Below, piece after piece: positions 9,958-18,726 of a stretch of 64,000 bases of DNA. Every line of letters starts with the position of its first letter. Position 1 is the stretch's first letter. Source of the DNA: an uncultured Acidobacteriota bacterium (lineage in GTDB: Bacteria; Acidobacteriota; Terriglobia; Acidiferrales; UBA7541); assembly GCA_963832615.1 (NCBI GenBank), contig CAWHVA010000027.1, positions 165,985-229,984 of the forward strand, in the 5' to 3' direction. The notes under the pieces were generated by a model that was not told where the DNA came from, did not search any database, and saw only the letters and a program-made list of their open reading frames with translations. A program made the position numbers and the translations under genes.

Positions 9958-11364
9958 GGCAAACCGGAAGTTATCCAGGTCGGGCCGATCGGTAACGATA
10001 AGTCTTAGGGTTGTATCGGAAGCGCGAAGGGCCATGCGTCTACAGGAGCACGGTGTGTTCGCGCGCTTTCGATACAACGACTTGAAGGAAGCCGCCCGCG
10101 ATTTGCGGCGGACGCGGGCCCTATGCAAATTCAATGGTGGGAAGGAGTGGCGTCGAGCTGTGCCGAGACGGTGCTGCAGAGCGCGACACGTGACTGTATG
10201 AGGTCGGAAGCTGGCCGAACGCGAAAAAGGATCGTGAGTAGTGTGGTCGAAGAGTTGGAAAAGGACGTCCGTTCCGAGGGAAGGCACAGAGGTACGGAGC
10301 GCGTGGAAAAACACTTTCGAATTGGACAGAGTCGCTTCATGCCGCAGCCGTGACCAGCGGTGGAGAACGAAGTTGGATTTCAGAAGCGGTGCGTCTTTCG
10401 ACGACCATCATCGGCCCACCACACTTGGGACAAGACCAAAGATCGCTCGGACTGGCGGTGGAGGCCTTTTGCTCGGTTTGCGGTGCCCCGCCGAGCCGTT
10501 GGAAGGAAAGTGGCAAGGTGGTGGCACGTTTGCGGTTGGCCAGGAAGCCGAAGTTGCGGATGCGCACGAAACCTTCCGGGAGCAGAGGCAACAGGAAGCG
10601 GCGCAAGAACTCATCGAGAGATAGGGTCAGCAACTTCTGTTCGTTGCTGTGTGCGGAATCGCGCCAACGAAACGTGACCTTCCCATCAGCAAACGAGACC
10701 AGGCGATGGTTGGAGATGGCCACGCGATGAGGGTAACGGCCCAGATAACGGAGCACCTGCTCTGGACCTCCGAACGGGCGTTTCGAGTAGACCACCCAGT
10801 CGTTTCGGAACAGTGGTCTCCGCCAGGCAGCAAATGTTTTCGGCTGAGCGAGGAGCTTTAAGTCTCGATGAAAGTTGAGCTTGCCATCATGAAAGGCGCG
10901 CTGGAGCGCTTCGTGGAACTTTCCGCGAAAGACGTGACTGAGCACCTCGACGGGAAGAAAGAAACCGTAGCGTGGTTTGATCCAGCGCGTGTGATCGGCA
11001 GACAATCCACCGGCTGGCACCACGCAATGAACATGTGGGTGGGCCGTGAGTTTCTGACTCCCGGTATGCAGAACACTGAAGAAACCGATTTCTGCAGCGA
11101 GGTGTTTGGGATCGCGAGCCACTTCGAGGAGAGTTTCTGCGCTGGTGCGAAACAGGAGATCGTAGAGGACCTTCTTGTTCTGTAAGATCAACGGGCCAAA
11201 TGACGAGGAAGCGTGAAGACCACAGGGACGTAGCGCGTTGGGAGAAGCTCCTGGCGACGTGCTGCGAGCCAGCGCTCGCGAGCTCCTGCCGGACACTTCG
11301 GGCAGTGCCGATTTCTACAGGAGTTGTAGGAAATGGCGCGATGTCCGCAGCGAGTGCACTCATC
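9958..11364 (-). mobile_element. Decayed second IS91-like element (truncated transposase plus conserved 3' end)
   Basis: Homologous to ~4060-5483; integrase and transposase N-terminus are missing. Confidence 0.8.
10337..11364 (-). pseudogene. IS91 family transposase pseudogene
   Basis: Begins at DECTRCGH, frameshift near 11190, substitutions in conserved motifs (HTWSQ>HTGSQ, YTHR>YPHR, LLHIL>LLPLL). Confidence 0.88.
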
Positions 11365-11431
11365 GGCTTCTCGCCAGCAATACGACGGGTCAATGCTAGC
11401 GCGTTTAGCGGTACTAATTTCACACACTCCG

Positions 11432-11599
11432 TTAGACCACGTTGGTGAACCCGTCGCGGATCTTCCATGCCGTGTGCGCGTACTGGCTCACGTCCGGCGC
11501 CGGATCCAACGCCTCCGCACACGGACACCACGCCAGCAGGCAAGCCAAGACAATGCCTGGCGCGAGACCAAATCGTCCTCGTCGGCGGGTGTTTTCCAC
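11432..11599 (-). pseudogene. N-terminal remnant of a beta-propeller (two-component regulator propeller) sensor protein
   Basis: My translation (55 aa, below ORF-track cutoff): VENTRRRGRFGLAPGIVLACLLAWCPCAEALDPAPDVSQYAHTAWKIRDGFTNVV*; signal peptide plus ALDP..xSQY.HT.W..RDG motif. Confidence 0.65.
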
Positions 11600-11813
11600 G
11601 GCCCAAAATCTTACTGTTATTTATCTCAGCAGAGGGGCCTCACCTCACCTGCATCCCTCTTTTGAGGTGTCGGGAAGCATTTGCTCCTGTAGCAGAAAAT
11701 GTAGCGGGCGCTGGTTTAGATGGAGTTGTAAGGGCGGGCAGGTGGAAGTGACCCAACCCGTGTTTCCAAGTACTTACCAACCCTCTCTACCCCGTACAAA
11801 ATGGCCCAAAATT

Positions 11814-11859
11814 CCTTCTAAGCAGAGGGTCGCCAGTTCGAGTCTGGCCGGGCGCGCCA
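11814..11859 (+). other. 3' half of tRNA-Arg(TCT), probable att site
   Basis: CCTTCTAAGCAGAGGGTCGCCAGTTCGAGTCTGGCCGGGCGCGCCA gives anticodon loop, T-arm, acceptor 3' strand and CCA; D-arm and 5' acceptor strand are absent upstream. Confidence 0.85.
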
Positions 11860-11905
11860 CTTCGCCAAACTCCAACCATTTTCGCCGGAATTCCCGCTTC
11901 GCTAA

Positions 11906-12856
11906 TCAATGCCAATGCAACAGCGCATCCCCCACCGCACCGATGTCCAGTGACAACTGCCGCTCGGGACGCGAGCAATCCAAATCCGTATTCGCCTGAT
12001 ACAAATCCTCCACCGGCGTCCGATACGGCGGATCGGCAACGCTAATCTGCAAAAATAACGGTCCGACTTTCATATTCTCCAGTTTCGTCACTCCATCTTT
12101 CGTCCACAACGATTGATTCTCGCCGTTCACCAGAATGTCGTAAGCCCTCGAAAACGCCTTCTTCGCCGTATATTGCACGCGAATGCTGATCGTGCAAGCC
12201 CCGCCGCTCGGTGCACTGACCCTGCCCCCTTTCGAGACCTGCACCTGCGTCAACACCTGCGACTGAATCGACGCCGCCATCCCCAAAGCCGCTTTCCCCA
12301 ATGGCTGCTTCTCAAACGGTCGGCTCCCGTTCGTTCGCGTCATCGCTGAATAGAGATCGCGCCCACGCCGCCCGGTGTTCGACGTGGTGCTGCCGAAATC
12401 GATTCCAGCCTTCGCCGCATCCAACAACGCATCGTTGTGGCTCACCTTCGCGCTGTAGGTAGACGCCGGCCCCAGATCCTTCGCATTCTGCGCATCCATC
12501 AATTTAGCTTCCAGATGCAAAATGTAGTCGCCCTTCTGCGGCTTGTCCGTAGGCAACAGCGTCATCAACAGCACGTTATCCACTCCAGTGGACTGCGTGT
12601 ACTCCAGCATCGATTCCGGAATCAACGGGCTGTAAAGCCCCCCGGGATTAAGCAGCACAATTTGAAACGGCGCTCCCGCTAATTTGTCGTACACCATCGC
12701 TGTCAGGTTCTGCGCAAATTGCTGCCCGAACGCATCTCCCGAGGTATCAAATGTCGGCATGATTCCGACAATTCGCTTGCCGTCATTTCCCTGCGCTTCC
12801 ACACGCGCACCGCAGGCCACTACAAGACACGCAACCAGGATCCGTGTGAACCTCAT
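11906..12856 (-). CDS. Secreted protein, N-terminal region resembling CsgG/TolB-N-like alpha/beta domain
   Basis: Signal peptide (..VEA-Q), RIVGIMPTFD..G..FAQNLTAMV pattern, GGGAGG RBS; fold assignment is inference. Confidence 0.6.
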   Translation of the reverse strand: MRFTRILVACLVVACGARVEAQGNDGKRIVGIMPTFDTSGDAFGQQFAQNLTAMVYDKLAGAPFQIVLLNPGGLYSPLIPESMLEYTQSTGVDNVLLMTLLPTDKPQKGDYILHLEAKLMDAQNAKDLGPASTYSAKVSHNDALLDAAKAGIDFGSTTSNTGRRGRDLYSAMTRTNGSRPFEKQPLGKAALGMAASIQSQVLTQVQVSKGGRVSAPSGGACTISIRVQYTAKKAFSRAYDILVNGENQSLWTKDGVTKLENMKVGPLFLQISVADPPYRTPVEDLYQANTDLDCSRPERQLSLDIGAVGDALLHWH

Positions 12857-12922
12857 CCTCGCCCTCCCAACAAGTTAAGGAGGCGCACATCGGCCGTGCG
12901 CCTCCCACGTTCGTAGCGTGCG

Positions 12923-14566
12923 TCAGTGCGGCGCCGGCGCAGGTGTTGATGCTTTCTTCACTGCGGTTTTCGCCGGCGCCTTCGCAGGTTCCGAAGTTGT
13001 CGTGGTTCTACCGGCGTCCGAACTCCCCGTGGCTCGAGCCACTACCTCCGCCGCGCTGGCCGCGGGCACATTCGCTTGCGTCACGTTGAGTGAATCCACG
13101 TTTTTCGTCGTAATCACCGACGCTGGCGGCATGTACCAGCTCTTGTCGCCGATCAGCAGAAAATAGTCATAGATGATGTACATGTTCCCAGGCAGCTGCC
13201 CCGTATGCTGACGCTGATACAGCGCAACGTAGGTCTTCAGCTCTTTCTTGATCTGATCCTGCAATCCAGGATCGTTCTGCGAAATTTGGAACAGCGCATC
13301 TTCCAAATGCGGCTCAGCGTATGCCCCACGATCCGCATCGTATTGAATTGCTTGCAGGAATTCGCTCATCGCCTGCTGTTTTTCCTCCGGCGTTCGACCC
13401 GTGGCGATCATCACCTGTCCCAGGTAGTAGTGCGCCCGAGGATCGTTCGAACGCAATTTCACAGCCTGATCCAGATCATCCCTGGCTTCATCGTACAGAT
13501 CGTAATCGAGCGCAATCACGCCGTTGTCTCGCTTCAGCCCGGACATCAGCAGCTGAAACTCCGGCCCCGAACTCACCAACCCCTTCTTCGCTCGCGCCTC
13601 CAGATCCGCCTTGTATGACGACGTGATCAGCCGCGTGATCTGCGCTTGCCGCTCTCGAGTCCGCTCCGGTTTCCCGATGAATCCCAGCCCCACTCGGCTG
13701 TCGCGGCCCACCAGATTATCCAGCCGCGCATACATTCTCGGAATCTCACGCGCGTCATAATTTTGGTCCAGCATATACTTCAGCCCGGCCTCATCGGCTT
13801 CATCCTCATAAACCGAAGACCATTCTGTTGGCTGAAATTTGTTTCGGAACAATAATCCGCCGGCAAATCCTCCGGCTATGCCGATCCCGCCTCCAATCAG
13901 CGCGCCCGAGTATCCCCCAACCGCCCCACCGATTGCCGCACCACCCACCGCTGAAGCCACCCCAAAGATCGCGCGCTTCTTCCCCACATCCGCGGTCTTC
14001 TCCCGATCGAATTCCTCTTCCAGGATCTCGTTCCGAATCGTGTTGTACGTATGCCTCTTCTCCACGTGCGCGATCTCGTGTCCCAGCACGTAGGCCAACT
14101 GCGCCTCACTGTCGAGCATCGACACCAGACCTGTCGAAATATAAATCGTCCCCGTCGTAAGCGCTTCCGCTCGCGGAACCGGATCCAGCAGCAACCGGAA
14201 CGAGTACAGATTCGGTGATCCCTGCGGAACAATTTTTTGCCCCAGCGAGTTCACATACCGCAACAAAATCGGATTGTTGTACAGCTCCCCAAAGTTCTGC
14301 CGGAACGTCGCCAACTCCGCGAGCGACAGCTCCCCCAGTCTCGTCGACTGGTTGACGTTGAATGCAAACTCCATGTCCGCCCGCCGCCGCGCATCCCAGG
14401 TCTCTTGAATCCTGTGAATCACCTCGGGGCGCTGCGCAATCTCCCCCATTTTCTTTTTATCCTTATCGTTGAATTCCGTCGCCGTCTGCGCAAAAAGCGG
14501 CAAACTCGCAAAAAATAGTGTCAACAACATCGTCGCAAACCGCACGAAAGCCGAAGGCCGAATCAT
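12923..14566 (-). CDS. M48-family metalloprotease with glycine zipper and C-terminal TPRs, secreted
   Basis: Signal peptide, SEAQLAYVLGHEIAH, EDEADEAG, GGAAIGGAVGG zipper, TPR-like AHYYLGQV; AGGAGG RBS. Confidence 0.88.
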   Translation of the reverse strand: MIRPSAFVRFATMLLTLFFASLPLFAQTATEFNDKDKKKMGEIAQRPEVIHRIQETWDARRRADMEFAFNVNQSTRLGELSLAELATFRQNFGELYNNPILLRYVNSLGQKIVPQGSPNLYSFRLLLDPVPRAEALTTGTIYISTGLVSMLDSEAQLAYVLGHEIAHVEKRHTYNTIRNEILEEEFDREKTADVGKKRAIFGVASAVGGAAIGGAVGGYSGALIGGGIGIAGGFAGGLLFRNKFQPTEWSSVYEDEADEAGLKYMLDQNYDAREIPRMYARLDNLVGRDSRVGLGFIGKPERTRERQAQITRLITSSYKADLEARAKKGLVSSGPEFQLLMSGLKRDNGVIALDYDLYDEARDDLDQAVKLRSNDPRAHYYLGQVMIATGRTPEEKQQAMSEFLQAIQYDADRGAYAEPHLEDALFQISQNDPGLQDQIKKELKTYVALYQRQHTGQLPGNMYIIYDYFLLIGDKSWYMPPASVITTKNVDSLNVTQANVPAASAAEVVARATGSSDAGRTTTTSEPAKAPAKTAVKKASTPAPAPH

Positions 14567-14666
14567 TTGATTCCTCCTGTGTTCCCGCGAACAGAATGGG
14601 TTTCGAGCGCGACGTGATTCTCAGGTTTTGGAATTCCGCAAGCACGCTCGGAGAGACTATACGCAA

Positions 14667-14694
14667 CTAATACCGCACTTCGACTTTATGTCAA
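14667..14694 (-). promoter_or_regulatory. Possible sigma70 promoter for the M48 operon
   Basis: Perfect TTGACA (14689-14694, minus strand) with a weak TATTAG at 16 nt spacing. Confidence 0.3.
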
Positions 14695-14856
14695 GCAAAA
14701 TGCTTCGTTTCACGATGACAAGCGGAGCCCGTTCCACTACAATCTGCTCACGAATTGAGCCTGATGGTTGAATCTGAATTTGTGAGCCAGCACCCTGTGG
14801 CCTCCCTCTTTTACTCTGAGCCTCGAAGCGCCGGGAGGCCGAGGTTTTGACGCAAC

Positions 14857-16305
14857 ATGGACACCGCCACGACGAATAATCTCAACGCGCACGGGTTTAG
14901 CTGTGGTTTTTATTCAATCGGAGCATTCCTTTCGTTAACATTGCTGACCGTAGCTCTGCTTTTTCCCGCCTCCGCCGCCGACATTACCGAACCCATCACC
15001 CTCGAAATCCCCCAACTGCAAATGCAGCTGGAACCGAACGGCGCCGCCGTCATTCCCTCCACGGAATTCGATCAGCTCCTGATCCACGTCGCAAAGAGCC
15101 CCATGCAAGTGAGTCCCGGCACCGTCTTCACCAAAATCAACACCCAAGCCGCCAATATGATCATGACCACCACGACGATGTCCGACGGAATCCTCTGCAA
15201 GCTCGATCTGAGCCACCACGAAGGTTTTCATCTCCAACGCGGCCGCAACTCCGTCGAATTTTCTTTCACTGATCTCATGAAGCGCGTCCACTACGCCTCG
15301 TTTCTCCTGCAGACCTCCGACACAACAACGACCCGGGATAACAAGCGAGCTTCCATCACTCCCGATCGGCCGGTGGCAGGCGCCGATAAATTCGCTGTCG
15401 TCGTAGGTATCGCCCGTTACTCGGATACCGCCGGCGGCATCACCAGCCTCCAGTTTGCCGACCGCGATGCCCAGGAATTTCGCGACTTTCTCCTCTCTCC
15501 CGACGGCGGCTCGTTCCCCAAAGACAACATCCGCCTGCTCCTCAACGATGACGCCACCTCCCAAAACCTTCGCAGCGCCCTCTTCACTTTTTTAACCAAA
15601 GCCCAACCGCAAGATGAAGTTGTGCTCTACATCGCAGGCCACGGCGCACCAGATCCCAACGACCCCCGCAATCTGTATCTTCTGACCTACGACACAAAAA
15701 TTGACGACATGGGAGGTACCGCCTTCCCCATGTACCAGCTCCAGGACGTCTTCACCCGCGTCATCAAAGCCAAACGCGTGGTCACCTTCGCCGACACCTG
15801 CCACAGCTACGGCTTCAGCGGCGCCAGCGCCCACGGCAAAAAATCCAACAATCTCGTCAACCAATATCTCTCCCGCTTCGCCAACGATTCCGACCGCGCG
15901 GTCATCACCGCCAGCGACGTCAGCCAACTCTCCTACGAGTCCGACAAATGGGGCGGCGGCCACGGCGTTTTCACCTTCTTCCTCTTAAAGGGACTCCACG
16001 GCGAAGCCGACTTCAACAAAGACGGCACCGTCACAGCCGGAGAGTTGTTCGCCTACATCCACGACACGGTAGACAAAGCCACCGAAGGCCAGCAAAGCCC
16101 CATGGCCCTCCCAGGCCTAGCCGAACACCTCCCGCTCTCGGGCGTAGGCCTGCGCAAAAGCTCCCACGCAGCATTCATGATCGATCCGTCGCGTGAAATG
16201 AAAAATGTCATCACGACTTTGTTTAAATTTCCCAGACCCGATGTAGGGACGGGCTTCAGCCCATCCCAAGCCGTATCCACGCCAATATTTCAACCGCCAA
16301 GGTGA
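14857..16305 (+). CDS. Caspase-family (peptidase C14) protease with signal peptide
   Basis: KFAVVVGI..Y, L.FADRDA, YIAGHG (His), FADTCHS (Cys), GHGVFTFFLLKGL.G.ADFNKDG.VT..EL; hydrophobic N-terminal stretch ending PASA-A. Confidence 0.9.
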   Translation: MDTATTNNLNAHGFSCGFYSIGAFLSLTLLTVALLFPASAADITEPITLEIPQLQMQLEPNGAAVIPSTEFDQLLIHVAKSPMQVSPGTVFTKINTQAANMIMTTTTMSDGILCKLDLSHHEGFHLQRGRNSVEFSFTDLMKRVHYASFLLQTSDTTTTRDNKRASITPDRPVAGADKFAVVVGIARYSDTAGGITSLQFADRDAQEFRDFLLSPDGGSFPKDNIRLLLNDDATSQNLRSALFTFLTKAQPQDEVVLYIAGHGAPDPNDPRNLYLLTYDTKIDDMGGTAFPMYQLQDVFTRVIKAKRVVTFADTCHSYGFSGASAHGKKSNNLVNQYLSRFANDSDRAVITASDVSQLSYESDKWGGGHGVFTFFLLKGLHGEADFNKDGTVTAGELFAYIHDTVDKATEGQQSPMALPGLAEHLPLSGVGLRKSSHAAFMIDPSREMKNVITTLFKFPRPDVGTGFSPSQAVSTPIFQPPR

Positions 16306-16601
16306 CGTCGTAGCGGCCGCCTTCCGAGGCGGGCGCTTCTCTCAAACAAAATCACTCACCCAATCCGGATAAATGACCTCCAACATCCAAGATAACAATC
16401 CTTCACCGCGTGAATCGCGGGTGCCCCAGGTTCGGTTCGTGAACCTGGGTCCTGCGGTTGAATTTCTCCCGGGTGGCCCACTCTTTGCGCCTTTCAAAGG
16501 GTGGGGCTTTCCACACCCTCATTCTCAAACTGTCATCCCGACCGGAGCGACCCCGCTTTCTCTTGCGCCCGCCTTATGGGCGCGGGGTCGCGTAGTGGAG
16601 G
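16243..16601. repeat. Cluster of five REP-like palindromes from at least three families
   Basis: GTAG-type at 16243-16267 and 16310-16336; GGGTG-type at 16419-16450 and 16471-16506; TGTCATCCCGACCG...GTGGAGG type at 16531-16601. Confidence 0.7.
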
Positions 16602-16635
16602 CACGGTGGCAACGAGTGATCACGTGCAACCCCAC

Positions 16636-18528
16636 ATGAACGCTTCCACGAATCCCATCACAGGGAAACGCGTGCCCGCAACCCCGCCTCGATTCACGCG
16701 CGCATGGCTAACAATGTTCGCCCTCGCCCTACTTCTCGCCGCAACAATCTCCGCTCTCGAACAACCAGGCCTACTCCGCAAACTTGACCTGCAAACATTC
16801 GATCTACTCGTCAAAGTCCAACATCCCGCCCCCCCAAGCGACGCCGTCCTCAACGTAGACTTCGACGAATCCTTCGTCCGCCTACACAACGCATTCCCCA
16901 TCCCACGCCTTCTGCTCGCCAAAGTAATCCGCAAGATCGCAGCCGGCAAACCCTCAGCAATTGGCGTCGACGTCATTCTCGACGTAGCCCGCGCCGAAGC
17001 CGACGACGCCCAACTAGCAACCGCCATCGAAGAAGCCGGCAACGTAATCCTAGTCAGCGAATATGGTTTCACTGATCATCCTCCCAACGACCCCCTCGAC
17101 CTCTTCAAAAAAGTCGCGGCTGGGGTTGCCTTTGGCGATCTGGTCCTCGACGACGACGGCGCAGTTCGACGCATGTTCCTCCGCATCACCACCAAGGACT
17201 ACAAGGCACTCTCGTTTCCGGTCGCGCTAGTGGACTACGCGACCGACCAGCATCTCCGTCCAGGCGGTCGCGGCTTCCTCCTCTTCGGCGCAACAAAACT
17301 CCCGTTAGCTTCCACGGAACCCGACACTGCATGGATACGCTTCTACGCGTCCGCCCCGACACGCGTAATCTCGGTGGAATCCGTGCTCTCGGACGCCTTC
17401 GACCCGTCAATTTTTACTGGGAAAATCGTCGTAGTAGGTCAGTCCAGCGAAATGGGCAAAGATCTTTTCACTACGCCGGCCACCCGCGCCGGAGCCACCA
17501 TCGGCGAACGCTCCATGCTCTCCGGCGCCGAAATCCACGCAGCCGCAACAGCAACGCTCTTGAATAAAAGTTTCCTGAGCACCGCCCACTCGTTCCCGCG
17601 TTTCGCAATCGCTCTCGTGCTCGCGTTCTGCCTGATCGCCCTCGCCTTCCATTACCGCTGGTATGTCGCGCTGCTAGCGTGGCTCGCGATGGCCGTAGCC
17701 GTGTTCTTCGCCGCCGCCTATCTGTTCGCGTATCACGACGTCTGGATGCCATTCGCATCCATCGAGATCTGTCTCCTCGCGGCCCTCCCCACCGGCCTCG
17801 GCTACCGCTCGGTCGAAGAGCGCCGCCTGAAAAATGCTATGGAAGCCGAGCGCCGCCAACTCATGGGCCTTTTCGAGCGTTACGTCTCCGCCGACGTCGC
17901 CGCCGAAATCTGGAAAAATCGCGACAATATAGTCCTCGCCGGCGAAGAGCGCGTCGCCACCATCCTGTTTTCCGACATCCGAAACTTCACCGCCACAACC
18001 ACCGGCGTCCCCTCCAAGGAAGTTCTCGCCTGGCTCAACCGCTACCTGACCGCCATGGGCGAAGTCATCAAACAAAATCGCGGCTTCCTCAACAAATTCA
18101 TAGGCGACGGCATCATGGTCATCTTCGGTGCCCCGTTGACCGAAGGCACCCGCGAAGACGCCCGCCGCGCAGTCCGCTGCGCCCAGGAAATGTTAGCTGC
18201 CGTCGATCGCTGGAACACCACCAAACCACCCACCGACCCAACATTAAAGATCGGCATCGGCATCCACACGGGCCAAGTCACCGCAGGCAACGTAGGCTCC
18301 CCAGACCGCCTCGAATATTCCGTAATCGGCGAAGCCGTAAACCTAGCCTCCCGCCTCGAATCCCTCACCAAGGACTTCAAGACCTCGCTAGTCCTAAGCC
18401 CCGCCACCTGGGAACAAGTCCGCGATCAATTCCCCACCACCCCACTGGGCGAAGCCCAAGTCCGCGGCTTCACTACCCCCATTCCCCTGTATAGTGTGAA
18501 ATCATCGAGGGCTGAGGCGCCTTCGTAA
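16636..18528 (+). CDS. CHASE2-domain class III adenylate/guanylate cyclase
   Basis: N-terminal TM, CHASE2 motifs (VDFDE, PR.LLAKVI, IGVDVIL, DDDGAVRR, GKIVVVG, SGAEIHA), 3 TMs, cyclase LFSDIRNFT, KFIGDGIM, GEAVNLASRLE; Lys in KFIGD suggests ATP specificity. Confidence 0.93.
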   Translation: MNASTNPITGKRVPATPPRFTRAWLTMFALALLLAATISALEQPGLLRKLDLQTFDLLVKVQHPAPPSDAVLNVDFDESFVRLHNAFPIPRLLLAKVIRKIAAGKPSAIGVDVILDVARAEADDAQLATAIEEAGNVILVSEYGFTDHPPNDPLDLFKKVAAGVAFGDLVLDDDGAVRRMFLRITTKDYKALSFPVALVDYATDQHLRPGGRGFLLFGATKLPLASTEPDTAWIRFYASAPTRVISVESVLSDAFDPSIFTGKIVVVGQSSEMGKDLFTTPATRAGATIGERSMLSGAEIHAAATATLLNKSFLSTAHSFPRFAIALVLAFCLIALAFHYRWYVALLAWLAMAVAVFFAAAYLFAYHDVWMPFASIEICLLAALPTGLGYRSVEERRLKNAMEAERRQLMGLFERYVSADVAAEIWKNRDNIVLAGEERVATILFSDIRNFTATTTGVPSKEVLAWLNRYLTAMGEVIKQNRGFLNKFIGDGIMVIFGAPLTEGTREDARRAVRCAQEMLAAVDRWNTTKPPTDPTLKIGIGIHTGQVTAGNVGSPDRLEYSVIGEAVNLASRLESLTKDFKTSLVLSPATWEQVRDQFPTTPLGEAQVRGFTTPIPLYSVKSSRAEAPS

Positions 18529-18563
18529 AACTATTGTTCTCCGCCTGCACGGTAGCCGACGGA

Positions 18564-18660
18564 GGGTGCCCCAGGTTTCGGTTTTTGAAACCTGGGTCTT
18601 GGGGTTGCCTTTTCCGTGCGTACCCCAGGTTTCAGAAAGCGAAACCTGGGTCTTGGGGTT
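18564..18660. repeat. Tandem pair of GGGTGCCCCAGGTTTC..GAAACCTGGG REP-like hairpins (54 bp period)
   Basis: Two near-identical units, related to 16419-16450. Confidence 0.8.
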
Positions 18661-18726
18661 TCACCGCGAGGACAATCCACCATCCATGAATCGCGATTCG
18701 CGCAAGCCCATTCACAAAGAGGTTCC

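Larger units (their letters stand above)
1..11859. mobile_element. Right-hand part of a putative tRNA-Arg-targeted genomic island (left boundary outside window)
   Basis: Ends in a 3'-half tRNA-Arg(TCT) fragment; contains two IS91-like elements and several truncated genes. Confidence 0.6.

Noticed and set aside
11780-11859. Complete tRNA-Arg gene
   Set aside because: No D-arm, 5' acceptor strand or 5' anticodon stem upstream of 11814; only the 3' half is present
16243-18660. CRISPR array
   Set aside because: Palindromes differ in sequence, have at most two tandem units, lack regular unique spacers, and no cas genes are present
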